The notes under the pieces were generated by a model, which worked only from the letters and a program-made list of their open reading frames with translations, ran no database searches and was not told the DNA's origin. Positions 35,348 to 36,278 of a stretch of DNA of 36,278 bases are shown here, piece by piece. Location of the stretch: positions 1-36,278 of the IMG/VR virus record IMGVR_UViG_3300025173_000081; one strand, 5' to 3'. Origin of the DNA: a virus (taxonomy: Duplodnaviria > Caudoviricetes). A program made the position numbers and the translations under genes. How positions within the stretch are numbered: position 1 is the stretch's first letter; each line of letters begins with the position of its first letter.

Positions 35348-35423
35348 ACTTGAACCGGCACGCCCCATTCCTGGAAGCTCAGGATTTTAAGTCCTGTGCG
35401 TCTACCAATTTCGCCACCAGGGC
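35332..35423 (-). tRNA. tRNA-Leu (TAA)
   Basis: GCCCTGG/CCAGGGC acceptor stem, CAGGA-CTTAAAA-TCCTG anticodon arm, long variable arm, GCCGG-TTCAAGT-CCGGC T-arm, encoded CCA. Confidence 0.97.
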
Positions 35424-35564
35424 ACTGTTTATTAAACCATGTATTGAACGTGAATTTACAAAACTAATACCTCAGGTCATCGTTGTCACGATTTTTGTTC
35501 GAGTGCGCAACCCCTACACGCCCATTTATTTGTCATTTACTTGACAGCACAGATTTCTCATTGA

Positions 35565-36278
35565 ATGCTTTCTTGCGTGTTGCAAATAAAAAATTTTAAC
35601 CATAAAATATTACTAAATCCCTACTTTTTGCTGATATTTTCAGCGTTGCTTTTTTCAAACTTAACTGATCAGTTTTTACAAAAACAAGTGGAAGACATTA
35701 TCAGCTCAAAAGATGGGCTATCTAATACAATCTGGCTTTGGGGTTTTTTTTCGGTGCTAAGCGCGATTTTGTTTCCACTGCTTATTTCTTTATTTTGTGC
35801 ATTTATTTTGGTCACTGAGCAAACTAAGCTCAGCCTATTTATTAAAGAAAATTTAGAGCTAAGTTTTATTGAAACCCTGCGGGCCTGGGGTAAAATATTT
35901 TTATGGTCTTTTATATTTTTTATTCCGGGAGTTATTAAATATATAAATTATATCTTGGCCCCGTTTGTCGTGATGTTTTCACGCCGCTATAAAAACGGTG
36001 AAGTCGATGCCTTAGAGTATTCCGCAAAAATTTCTAAAAATTTCTGGTGGAGTATTAAAATCTGGCTGGGAGTGTTTTATGTATTAATTCCCATTATGCT
36101 GTATGTGTTTTTAGATGAATACCGGGTCTTTGCAACACATCCGGTTTCAGCAACGCTGGTTGTGCTGTTTGAGTGCCTAGTTGAATTATTATTTCATTTT
36201 ATAATTTTAAAATTATTTATTAAATTTTTAAATGAACACGAAACCACAAGTGAGGCTCCAAATGGCGCTTATGTTTAA
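35565..36278 (+). CDS. Host multi-pass membrane protein
   Basis: 237 aa with several TM segments; TTGACA at 35541 upstream. Confidence 0.75.
   Translation: MLSCVLQIKNFNHKILLNPYFLLIFSALLFSNLTDQFLQKQVEDIISSKDGLSNTIWLWGFFSVLSAILFPLLISLFCAFILVTEQTKLSLFIKENLELSFIETLRAWGKIFLWSFIFFIPGVIKYINYILAPFVVMFSRRYKNGEVDALEYSAKISKNFWWSIKIWLGVFYVLIPIMLYVFLDEYRVFATHPVSATLVVLFECLVELLFHFIILKLFIKFLNEHETTSEAPNGAYV

Noticed and set aside
35350-35544. Plus-strand ORF over the tRNA
   Set aside because: Antisense shadow of tRNA-Leu

Overview
The window is almost entirely one apparently complete ~34.2 kb temperate prophage of podovirus-like architecture, integrated into the 3' end of a host tRNA-Leu(TAA). An 18-bp att core TTTGGTGCCCTGGGCCGG sits at 1123-1140 and 35330-35347. 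Nearly all phage genes are on the minus strand. In the excised circle they would form one continuous path: early promoter (~4.7 kb), Zn-ribbon, Rad52-like recombinase, terminator, integrase, attP, replication initiator, accessory genes (DUF6745-like repeat protein, PD-(D/E)xK, ASCH, RyR-domain, ART-like), endolysin/RusA, terminases, PIN-like nuclease, portal, scaffold, capsid, tail and ejection proteins. Integration cuts this path between the integrase and the replication gene. The only plus-strand phage block (4803-6595) is a tandem pair of diverged XRE repressor + lipoprotein + membrane protein cassettes. Each has its own divergent promoter and a homologous structured leader, and they are joined through a perfect 59-bp repeat, which suggests a captured second immunity switch. 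Other unexplained structure includes a 32x12-bp coding repeat varying at only two non-synonymous positions, a 17-20-bp motif at three places in the late region, and twin hairpins upstream of the capsid gene. Functional calls come from motif recognition and synteny only; no searches were run.
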